The notes under the pieces are model-generated. The model saw only the letters and a program-made list of their open reading frames with translations, had not been told where the DNA came from and ran no database searches. The position numbers were made by a program, and so were the translations under genes. 64,000 nucleotides of DNA from Erysipelotrichaceae bacterium (lineage in GTDB: Bacteria; Bacillota_I; Bacilli_A; Erysipelotrichales; Erysipelotrichaceae), in contig JAXFJE010000009.1 in the NCBI GenBank assembly GCA_034168985.1, positions 14,816 to 78,815 of the forward strand, written 5' to 3'. Within the stretch, counting starts at the first letter, position 1; every line of letters starts with the position of its first letter. This document shows positions 49,701 to 57,073 of this stretch, piece by piece.

Positions 49701-52700
49701 AATAGTGATAAGTATTTCCTTTGCTATCTTGGATGATGGTAGCTTTTTCTTGGTTGATATCATCTTTTTTGATGATGTAAGTTTCATCATCAACCTGTAT
49801 TTTGGAGTGGGTCTTAAATAAGTCGAGAATTTCTTGGTAGCTAAAAGGAGCATTGTCTTCTAAAGCAAAGCCTACGATAATATCGTTGTCGTTGCTTTTG
49901 CTTAATATCGTGTATTTTTTATTGTTGATGGTAATATCATCGCCTTTGACTAAAGGTCGTTGGTAGTCAAGGGTTAGCTGATCGTTGATGCACCATGGCT
50001 TTTGTTGGGTCTTTTCTAGTTGGGATACTTGATCATATGATATGACATCATATTTGCTGGTAGCTTGCGGGTCTAAAAAGAAAATCTGCCCATTTTCGTT
50101 TTTGATGACGATGTTTTGTAAATCGGGATAATTGCTGATAACGGTAAAGCTTTGCTCATCGATCGTAAAGGTATCATTAGGTTTTAGCTTGTGGATATTT
50201 GGAATCTGATCATATGTTATGTTTAAAGCGTACTGTAGATCTTGACCCTGTTTAAGCTGGAAAGTTATTTCGGGTAAGACAATATGATCGTTAAATTTAG
50301 ATGCTTGCCATTTTACGATATATTCTTTAGGGGTTATTGCTTGGATCGTAAAGCTTTTGCTTAAGACCTTTTTTTCTTGATAAGTAGTTATCGTTTGGTC
50401 TTTATAGAGCGTGATCTCGATAATTTGCTCATCGATGGATGTTGCAACTTTGAGATGATCGGCTTCTTGTGAGGCAAGGGGTTCAATGATTTGATAGCTT
50501 TGTTCATCGAGGTTGATCGTTTCGCCCTTTGCGTATTGTGCTAATGGCTTGCCGCTTGCTAAGGCGGCTTGAGCTAGATCGTTGAACTGGGCTAGTTCAT
50601 AGGGCTTGTCGATGATCTTGGTATAGCGATGTTCACGTGTCGTATGTAGCGGGCAAGCGAAGATATCATCGGGTTGTTGACAATAGATATTAGGATCTTG
50701 GGTTAGATTGTTGGTTAATTGCCAATAATTGATGATGCTGTTGTCGCTTGTTGGTTCTAATTTTTGATCGTTGAAGATGTAATTGCCATCTACGGTGATT
50801 TGATATTGGTTGCCACTTTCATCACTAACTAGATATTTAGGCGCAATGATATCCACAATGCTAAAGCTTTCTTTAGATGTGATCGTTTGCGGGAAATCTT
50901 CTAATTTGATAGGTTCCAATACCTTGATGATAAAGTTATCGTTTACAGCTGTTTGTAAGCTAATTTCATCGATCTGGTTTGCACTATCACGATGTTTAGC
51001 TAAGATGGTATAAGTTTGATCGTTGATCGTAATCGCGGTATTTAAAGGAATGCTTTCAAGATCTTGATCTTTCAAGTTATCTTTGATCCAAGCTTTTACC
51101 ATTGCTAAGTTAAGATCAAGTGAATCATTGGTGACGATGACCTTTTGCAAATAGCTACCTTCTACCATCAATTGGTGGGGATTACGCTTTACAATGACAT
51201 ATTTATCATCATTGATTTCAAAATTTTTACTTGCTTCGTCTTTGATATCATTAGGTAATTGTTCCCAGCTTAATTGTTGGTAAGGGTTAGCAAGCGTATA
51301 GGTGGTAGCAGGATATACTTCTAGATACTTAAATTTCCCCTTATCATAAACAGCTTGTTTGACAGTATAGCTTTTTTGGGCAAATTCAAGGTGGCTATTT
51401 GGTGATAATTGAGGATAAGGGATATTTGTTAACTGTAATGTTTGGGTTGTATCGGTATGCTTGAAAGTAACGGTGTTAGGAGTAACTTTGATGATTTCGT
51501 ATTCTTTGATCCCATTGTTATCGATGGTGAACTTATCGTGAGGTTTAGGGTCGGTTGGTAATTGGTCGAAGGTTATAGGAGCAACAGTGTTGTAATCGTC
51601 ATATCTTTGGGGCAATAACCAAATTGCATCATGTTCGATCTTTTTGATCGTATAGCGATAGCCCTCTAGAAAAAAGCTTTTATCAACAGCTGGTTCAGGA
51701 ATAGCTGCTAATAATTGGTTGTATGTCAGCTTAGGTTTGGTTTCTAAATGGTCTAGCGATAAAGGGCCCAATAAGGTGGGGCTAGGATCAAGCTCTAGAT
51801 CAGCAATTTCGTAAACTTCAAAAGTTGCATCGTTGAGTTTTAAATATGGATCATCACTAGCTGTTTTAACGATGGATAGATCGATATCGCGCAGCTGATT
51901 AACAAATTGTTGGCTTGCAGTGCTATTTTGGTTTTTGGTACTAACTAGAAATGGTCTAGCATCGATTTTATAAGGGTTAGATACTTTCCATTCCATGATC
52001 CACCAATTCTTATTTGGTGGTAATAAGTTATCGATATGAGCTTTGCCATCATTACCAACCTCAAAGACGCGAATGTTTGTGTTATCTGGTTCCATGATAG
52101 GGTAGAAACTCTTTTTACCATCTACATAGTTAAAACCACCGTATAGATCGGGTTTGATACCGACATTGAAATTATAGATGTCTTCCCAGTTACGATCTTT
52201 GTTGCCATCAAAACGATATTGATGGGTAGGATCTTCTTGCCAACCAATGACAAATTGCGTGCCGGCACTGAAGTTTTGGCTGTGATAATATTCATCTAAC
52301 TTATCAATTTCAATGTTGGCGGTTTTTAATTTAAAAGCGAGACTATAGGAAGGGGTTGGATTTTCAAAAGCGATGCCCATGATCTTTTGACTATCTTCGC
52401 TAGTGTATAAAAGGACATTGTTTAACCAGGATTGGTATTGAGCGTCTTTGCGCTTAAAGGTTAAGGTCTTGCCTTTAGGGCTATCATAGCCTTCATAGTA
52501 AAGGTCATCGATGTCGATCTTTAACTGATTGCCTTCTTGCTTGATGTTGATTCCTTTATGACTTTCGTTGGGGAAAGGCTCAAACCAATCGATAACAGGA
52601 CTTCCAGGATGAAATAAGTTGGTTGAGCCATCATCTGTTAAGATCAAGGTTTCGTTCCAATCTAGTTCGTAGCTAAGCGTATCATGCCATTGGCTAGCAA

Positions 52701-53592
52701 AACTGGGAGTCGTATCATAATTGTGCACAAGATTCATGATGTGATCCATCGTTGCGCTAACATCGACCATGCCACTAACGCTGGCGCATACTTGATCTTT
52801 GTTGGTGCACCATTGCAAAGAAGCCATGATTTCTTGATATTCTTGCGGACAGATGTGTTGCCAGATCAAAAGTTGGGTCGCTAAATAAGTTTCATCGGTG
52901 CTGCCTGTTAAAGGGTGGCCATAACCATAATGAATGATACGTCCCACTTTATTTAAGGTTTCAGGGTCAAGGTCGCTAGGCTTGATGGTGTATTGTGGAC
53001 CGTTGCCATTGCCATCCAAGATAACAAGGACATAAGGTTCGATACAATAACCGATCTTACCATCTAATAAAAATTTTGAAACATATTCATATCCTTGTTT
53101 AGGGTTGTTATAACGAGCGATCCTTTTTTCTCTTTTTAAAGGTATGGTATCAGCAAAGGTTGTGGCTGGAAGCAAATTGATGGTTCCAAAATCAAAGATG
53201 GTATATTTAAGTTGGCGGTATTGGTAGTTGCCAACCACATCATCAATAAAAAACTTGTGATCGATCTTTAAGCTCTCCTTGGGAGGGCTAGTTTGTATGG
53301 GCGAAGAGGTTGGCGGCAAAGGTGAAGATGTGTTATCTGGAGTAGGGGTGGGTTCATTTGTAGGAGCGATGCTAGGATCGTTAGTTGGTAAGGCTGTTGG
53401 GGTGTTTGTGGGGATGGTAGTAGCAGTAGGTAAAGGTGTTGAAGTGGGTTCAATAGGAATGGTTGATGGTTCGCTGGTATTGGTGGGCTCAGGGGTTTCT
53501 GTAGATATAGGGGTTGTGGGTAGTGGCTGATTTGCGAAAACTAGTTGGATGTTGCATAAGATGGTCAAAAATAGGATGAAGATATTTTTCAT
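46702..53592 (-). CDS. Giant secreted surface protein (2,296 aa): signal peptide, Pro/Thr-rich stalk, thioester (TQXA-type) domain, SpaA/CnaB-like folds, about 19 diverged repeats; no LPXTG-type sorting signal
   Basis: MKNIFILFLTILCNIQLVFA|NQ is the signal peptide. The P/T tract spans aa 22-105. GYCIEP (Cys183, nt 53044-53046) and LATQLLIW (Gln240, nt 52873-52875) fit thioester-domain Cys and TQxA(I/V)W motifs. GAIFTV, LPEADYQL and EIHSPLGY are SpaA-like marks. The C-terminus ..KNQKTNQKIVINKKKKITRIRKMGED has no hydrophobic segment. Confidence 0.8.
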   Translation of the reverse strand: MKNIFILFLTILCNIQLVFANQPLPTTPISTETPEPTNTSEPSTIPIEPTSTPLPTATTIPTNTPTALPTNDPSIAPTNEPTPTPDNTSSPLPPTSSPIQTSPPKESLKIDHKFFIDDVVGNYQYRQLKYTIFDFGTINLLPATTFADTIPLKREKRIARYNNPKQGYEYVSKFLLDGKIGYCIEPYVLVILDGNGNGPQYTIKPSDLDPETLNKVGRIIHYGYGHPLTGSTDETYLATQLLIWQHICPQEYQEIMASLQWCTNKDQVCASVSGMVDVSATMDHIMNLVHNYDTTPSFASQWHDTLSYELDWNETLILTDDGSTNLFHPGSPVIDWFEPFPNESHKGINIKQEGNQLKIDIDDLYYEGYDSPKGKTLTFKRKDAQYQSWLNNVLLYTSEDSQKIMGIAFENPTPSYSLAFKLKTANIEIDKLDEYYHSQNFSAGTQFVIGWQEDPTHQYRFDGNKDRNWEDIYNFNVGIKPDLYGGFNYVDGKKSFYPIMEPDNTNIRVFEVGNDGKAHIDNLLPPNKNWWIMEWKVSNPYKIDARPFLVSTKNQNSTASQQFVNQLRDIDLSIVKTASDDPYLKLNDATFEVYEIADLELDPSPTLLGPLSLDHLETKPKLTYNQLLAAIPEPAVDKSFFLEGYRYTIKKIEHDAIWLLPQRYDDYNTVAPITFDQLPTDPKPHDKFTIDNNGIKEYEIIKVTPNTVTFKHTDTTQTLQLTNIPYPQLSPNSHLEFAQKSYTVKQAVYDKGKFKYLEVYPATTYTLANPYQQLSWEQLPNDIKDEASKNFEINDDKYVIVKRNPHQLMVEGSYLQKVIVTNDSLDLNLAMVKAWIKDNLKDQDLESIPLNTAITINDQTYTILAKHRDSANQIDEISLQTAVNDNFIIKVLEPIKLEDFPQTITSKESFSIVDIIAPKYLVSDESGNQYQITVDGNYIFNDQKLEPTSDNSIINYWQLTNNLTQDPNIYCQQPDDIFACPLHTTREHRYTKIIDKPYELAQFNDLAQAALASGKPLAQYAKGETINLDEQSYQIIEPLASQEADHLKVATSIDEQIIEITLYKDQTITTYQEKKVLSKSFTIQAITPKEYIVKWQASKFNDHIVLPEITFQLKQGQDLQYALNITYDQIPNIHKLKPNDTFTIDEQSFTVISNYPDLQNIVIKNENGQIFFLDPQATSKYDVISYDQVSQLEKTQQKPWCINDQLTLDYQRPLVKGDDITINNKKYTILSKSNDNDIIVGFALEDNAPFSYQEILDLFKTHSKIQVDDETYIIKKDDINQEKATIIQDSKGNTYHYYRYHLTNKPSKPTTTDSELIKVSKPTSIRYQDIIKLFAFKLPQENTRFIFEDDPYVINKLNQHSMTIQNLSSKETLEINYPSNPIDDYVTYDKYFINTQKTYDLSAFLPNSEHYYLTCDDPSVLIDNHIIKVDSMKTFDINIHYGHGANGITYEQIIKQLGSKPKINDTFTNKKRTYTVADILQNDDVDEALIITCPNALDTTKINRYYLPIPSPISKNDIPPIHSDLHDSFKVNGIKYTIEKIIINSDGTKDFKVSCKDQDGNKQYYLITNKQLKTDPKEHSIYQIINFTTSNQQLASIKKLTTLPLFKGKTGKNQLRITDPSNHQHSQPFYPVTIYSDPAGTNVIKKGYSDHWGMFDVDDLSPGTYFYNQPNSLILKEFTVYDHPQIDGQVNIQDLKWGRKYLACETQLPLGYDFRDANQLDAKDICFSFDSKYAEKINVTYENVLNTKRKLDLEVVKVDQDDQTKLLNGAIFTVMDVSDEGHDVSKDHLSTFPYKITFQDIPADLKINQQFSVWPDDHSVQFTYEILAIENDHILVKCLDDQMEYHVDKNNINHNVPLTYQDILKNCPKIAPKARFKAFDKQDGNIQTYQIIDIIYAQDPAIWQPTTSDDTSANTIMGYKLININDNNHMVIEVKNDIITMPQIKPAKAIGTFVSGGIYRQLTTSLPAEPFIMQDILTMVQKPKINYQFTFPTLSCIQAPSFQDIPNDLKIDDIFKFNHVDFTLIYRDEQKISLKYQSFNQQPKILHLHKTAAKAPMIQALVDEKYVITSITTDYQGLRYEDIPNIQNLKPNDIITIKGISYKVVNNDIANDKISLQNASDTIDGKIIFEGPIETYIANQDFNEKILNMEITNLSNHKRYYVFAGQTYTYIDVPMISEPYEVMDKTGKVVLRANTNDKGEIIVYGLPEADYQLHYLDKAENFTIKHGAFTIKDLTYGSKLKVCEIHSPLGYIIGNACETIDIVNDNDKIVKNQKTNQKIVINKKKKITRIRKMGED

Positions 53593-53594
53593 GG

Positions 53595-54308
53595 TTATTT
53601 CCTCTCTGTTTTTTCTACTGCTTGTAAGACATAGCGGGCGTTATGTTTTTGCATGTTGCAGGTTACTAGGGTGATCATTTGTTGCTGGTGGTAGTAAAAA
53701 CCATCAACACGGTTGATAGTATAGGCTAAGGTGTTGTCAAACATATTTTTAGCTTCAGCGTATGAAGCGAAATAATTATTGTGCCAACCTAGATAGGTAT
53801 CTTGATCATCTAGGTCATATTCGCTAAAACTAATGATCTGATACTGATGCGTTCCTTGCTTATCGATGAAGGTAAATTCGGGGTGTTTGGTGAAATAATC
53901 TAGATCGTTATATTTTTTTAGGAAGGTAAAATTCCAATTTTTGGTTTTAGATGAATGACCGTTGATGATGTAATTGTTCGATGAGCTTAAGGGACTGATT
54001 TGTTTTTCCATGAAAACGGCGCCCATCGTATCATAGTGACCATAAATATCGTGTAACATATAGTGGTCGCCATTAGCTGTATAGATGATCGGTATCTGGG
54101 TCGTTACATCATCGCTCGTAAACTCAAGCAAGGCGAATATCTCGGGATTGATCTTTTGCCAAGTTGCTAGATCGCTTGTAGGGGGCAACTTATTGATAAA
54201 CGGGCCATGCTGGTGATCATGGTTATGAGGTAAAAAGAAATAAACGAAACTAAGTATACACATGATCAACAAAAAGAATTTAACAGGTTTACGTAATTTT
54301 CTATTCAT
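53595..54308 (-). CDS. srtB: Class B sortase
   Basis: N-terminal TM anchor, His motif YIINGHS, Cys motif ITLVTCN, conserved Arg (ARYVL), and a class-B-type N-terminal region (INPEIFALLEF..IPIIY..DHYMLHD). 8-nt overlap with the upstream gene and a 2-nt gap to the giant gene. Confidence 0.75.
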   Translation of the reverse strand: MNRKLRKPVKFFLLIMCILSFVYFFLPHNHDHQHGPFINKLPPTSDLATWQKINPEIFALLEFTSDDVTTQIPIIYTANGDHYMLHDIYGHYDTMGAVFMEKQISPLSSSNNYIINGHSSKTKNWNFTFLKKYNDLDYFTKHPEFTFIDKQGTHQYQIISFSEYDLDDQDTYLGWHNNYFASYAEAKNMFDNTLAYTINRVDGFYYHQQQMITLVTCNMQKHNARYVLQAVEKTERK

Positions 54309-55251
54309 AACTTACTAATACTCCCTCATCGTAGGTAATGGTTTCGCTGTAGCTTTCTTCGCTAATTTCTTCGAAGATGATCTCTTGATTGATATGGTTA
54401 TCCATGATCTGTTGATCGTGGTTAGAAGGTCTAGGGGGATCGATGCTAGCCACAGGCTTTAATGTTTGAGGCTTTTTTATAACTGGAAGCGAAGCTTGAG
54501 CGATGTTTCCCGCCTTGTCACTAATGGTATAGATAAAAGCAGCTTGATCATCGGCAAAATCAAGTTCATTGCTACAAGCAACCTGGGTTTTAGGTAGTTT
54601 ATCGACATTATCATCAACGCTTTGAATATAGTAATGACAATCCTGAAGGCCATCTTCATACACGAGTTTTTCATGGGTAAGCGTGATCGTGGGTGCTTGA
54701 TCATCGATGATATTTACCATCAAGGTAAGCTGTTTTTGCTTGAAATTATTCTTAGCTAAATAATTTAATTTATAGGTACCAGGGCTTCGATCATTTAAGA
54801 CAGGTAGGATGACCTTGGCATTTTTTAGTTCTTGTATAAGTGCTTGCGCATCAAAATGCTGACCATAGCTAAGCGTGATATTGTTAGCTTTTAAGCTAAA
54901 TTGAATATGCGTAAGGTGGTGAAAAAGTTTGTAAGCTCCAATGAATAAAAGTTGAAGCATCAACAGCGTGCTAAGCCACAGTATCAACTTTTTCTTACGC
55001 TGGTGGATGGTTTGGATATGTTCGATAGCGTTGATGCCAAAAATATCATAAGCTTCACTAAAACTAAGAGAAAGCTGCTGTTGTTCATTATTTAAAAAGA
55101 TGATGTTATCGTTAATGCTAAGGATCCTGATTTTTTCATGGATATCGACATGGAATTCTTTTAATAGTTGTTTAAATTTATCGCTGCCATAAATATGGGT
55201 AATTTCGATCATTTCGCCTGCTAAACAGTTGGCTAAAGCTTTAGATTTCAT
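54301..55251 (-). CDS. Bitopic protein: FeoA/SH3-like cytoplasmic domain, one TM helix, two Ig-like (DUF5011-type) extracellular domains
   Basis: Start set at MKSKALANCLAGE (RBS AAGGAGG, 4-nt spacer). LAGEMIEITHIYGSDKFKQLLKEFHVDIHEKIRIL...SEAYDIFG follows the FeoA pattern. The TM helix is LILWLSTLLMLQLLFIGAY. GTYKLNYLAKN...IIDDQAPTITL is typical of Ig-like DUF5011 repeats. Confidence 0.55.
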   Translation of the reverse strand: MKSKALANCLAGEMIEITHIYGSDKFKQLLKEFHVDIHEKIRILSINDNIIFLNNEQQQLSLSFSEAYDIFGINAIEHIQTIHQRKKKLILWLSTLLMLQLLFIGAYKLFHHLTHIQFSLKANNITLSYGQHFDAQALIQELKNAKVILPVLNDRSPGTYKLNYLAKNNFKQKQLTLMVNIIDDQAPTITLTHEKLVYEDGLQDCHYYIQSVDDNVDKLPKTQVACSNELDFADDQAAFIYTISDKAGNIAQASLPVIKKPQTLKPVASIDPPRPSNHDQQIMDNHINQEIIFEEISEESYSETITYDEGVLVSYE

Positions 55252-55351
55252 GCTTACCTCCTTGGTTGTGCTTATAAATAAACCGTAAAAAGTAATTTCC
55301 CTGAAAAAAATAAAATAATAAGGTAAAATAAATACAAAGGAAGATGATATC

Positions 55352-56341
55352 ATGCTTAAGATCAGCGAAGTTACAAAGATATATGATAGAAAGAATAAAG
55401 CAATCGATGATTTGTCCTGTACGATCGAAGATGGCACTTTTTGTGTGATCATTGGTCCTAGTGGGTGCGGTAAGACGACCTTGCTTAGGGTGATCGCTGG
55501 TTTGGAAAAATGTGATCAAGGTCAGATTTGGATCGATGATACATGTATCAATGAGCTAAGGCCCTATGAACGAAATGTTGCGATGGTTTTTCAAGATGCT
55601 GCGCTTTTTGCTCATATGACTTGCTATCACAACATTGCATATGGCAATCATAGTTGGCAAGAAAGCAAGCAATTGCGAAAAAAGATCGAAGATATTGCTA
55701 AGATGTTAGGAATCGCTGATTTGTTAGATCGCTATCCTAATTCATTGTCAGGGGGCCAAAAACAAAGAGTAGCGATTGCACGTGCTTTGTGCAAACCAAG
55801 TAAGTTGATCTTGATGGATGAACCATTTAGTAATTTAGATGCACAACTAAAATATGAACTGGCAGATGAGGTTAAAACGTTGCAGCAAAAATTACAAAAG
55901 ACGATCATTTATGTAACGCACGAACAAAAAGAAGCTTTTGCATTGGCGGATAAATTGATCGTCATGGATCAAGGGAAGATCATGCAGATTGGCAAACCAT
56001 ACGAAGTTTACCATCACCCTTATAATGCGTTTGTAGCTCGATTTTTTGGTGATATCAATATTTTGGATGCCAAGATCACAAATGAAAGCTTATTTGTTGA
56101 TGAAGTTGAGATTTGCCTTGTGCCAGGAATGGAAGATCAAAGCTGCACTATCGGCATACGTCCTGAAGATATCCAAATAACTGGAAGGATAAAGGTAGAA
56201 AGATTGAATGTCAGCGATCGTGGAAGCTATTATTTAACCAAGGTTAAAATGGGCAAACGCATCATCATTGTTAAGACTAGTACGGATGGTAAATTTGATG
56301 AAATTACGTTTATCAAAGAAAAAATAATTTTTTTGAAATAA
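55352..56341 (+). CDS. Stand-alone MalK/UgpC-type ABC ATPase
   Basis: GPSGCGKTT, LSGGQKQRVAIARA and ILMDEPFSNLD, plus a C-terminal OB/TOBE-like tail. No permease or binding protein lies nearby. Confidence 0.8.
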   Translation: MLKISEVTKIYDRKNKAIDDLSCTIEDGTFCVIIGPSGCGKTTLLRVIAGLEKCDQGQIWIDDTCINELRPYERNVAMVFQDAALFAHMTCYHNIAYGNHSWQESKQLRKKIEDIAKMLGIADLLDRYPNSLSGGQKQRVAIARALCKPSKLILMDEPFSNLDAQLKYELADEVKTLQQKLQKTIIYVTHEQKEAFALADKLIVMDQGKIMQIGKPYEVYHHPYNAFVARFFGDINILDAKITNESLFVDEVEICLVPGMEDQSCTIGIRPEDIQITGRIKVERLNVSDRGSYYLTKVKMGKRIIIVKTSTDGKFDEITFIKEKIIFLK

Positions 56342-56345
56342 GGTG

Positions 56346-56374
56346 TTGACATAGTGTATTAAGAATGATAATAT
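56346..56374 (+). promoter_or_regulatory. Promoter of tRNA unit 1
   Basis: TTGACA, 17 nt, TAATAT with upstream TG. The conserved AGGCATTCGATGGAA follows, as in unit 2. Confidence 0.55.
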
Positions 56375-56404
56375 ATATAGGCATTCGATGGAAAACATAT
56401 AAAT

Positions 56405-56481
<77 letters not shown>

Positions 56482-56498
56482 TCGAATTAAAAATACAT

Positions 56499-56574
56499 GG
56501 GGTTTTAGCTCAGCTGGGAGAGCGCCTGCTTTGCACGCAGGAGGTCAGGAGTTCGATCCTCCTAAGCTCCACCA
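56499..56574 (+). tRNA. tRNA-Ala: tRNA-Ala (anticodon TGC)
   Basis: GGGGTTT acceptor with the G3:U70 identity pair. Anticodon loop TTTGCAC. CCA is encoded. A terminator hairpin CCTTAG..CTAAGG + T7 follows. Confidence 0.9.
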
Positions 56575-56653
56575 TGAAAAAAGCATACCTTAGGCTACTG
56601 TCTAAGGTTTTTTTAAACAAATATCATGATGGTCTGCTTGGCTGTCATTATCT

Positions 56654-56729
56654 GGACGCTTAGCTCAGTTGGGAGAGCACTTCCTTGACGTGGAAGGGGT
56701 CAGGGGTTCGAGTCCCTTAGCGTCCACCA
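56654..56729 (+). tRNA. tRNA-Val: tRNA-Val (anticodon GAC)
   Basis: GGACGCT/AGCGTCC acceptor. Anticodon stem CTTCC/GGAAG with loop TTGACGT. CCA is encoded. Confidence 0.85.
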
Positions 56730-56756
56730 TTTTTTAAGAAAAAAGATAAAAAATGT

Positions 56757-56785
56757 TTGACTTAAATATTCGATAGTGGTATTAT
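56757..56785 (+). promoter_or_regulatory. Promoter of tRNA unit 2
   Basis: TTGACT, 17 nt, TATTAT with upstream TG. Confidence 0.55.
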
Positions 56786-56816
56786 AAATAGGCATTCGAT
56801 GGAAGCTAAAACAAAC

Positions 56817-56893
<77 letters not shown>

Positions 56894-56910
56894 TCGAATT
56901 GAAAATACAT

Positions 56911-56986
56911 GGGGTTTTAGCTCAGCTGGGAGAGCGCCTGCTTTGCACGCAGGAGGTCAGGAGTTCGATCCTCCTAAGCTCCACCA
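56911..56986 (+). tRNA. tRNA-Ala: tRNA-Ala (anticodon TGC), second copy
   Basis: Identical to 56499-56574. Followed by a paralogous terminator. Confidence 0.9.
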
Positions 56987-57073
56987 TGATAAAAAATATA
57001 CCTTAGACAAGTGTCTAAGGTTTTTTTACATTTAAAAAACCCTTGATCAAATAGTGTATCAAGGGCCTTATCA

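Noticed and set aside
53279-53530. Gly/Val-rich 83-aa plus-strand ORF
   Set aside because: It is the mirror image of the Pro/Thr-rich tract of the giant gene. The codon complementarity explains it.
46702-55251. LPXTG-like strings inside the operon proteins (LPATT, LPKTQ, NPKQG)
   Set aside because: None is followed by a hydrophobic segment and basic tail, and all are internal to folded regions. Only the C-terminal NQKTN was kept, as a low-confidence candidate.
55252-55452. 67 extra N-terminal codons of the FeoA-like ORF, and the overlapping 55241-55519 ORF
   Set aside because: The consensus RBS AAGGAGG sits 4 nt before the internal ATG at 55251. The upstream part is hydrophobic, low-complexity, AT-rich promoter DNA shared with the divergent ABC ATPase gene.
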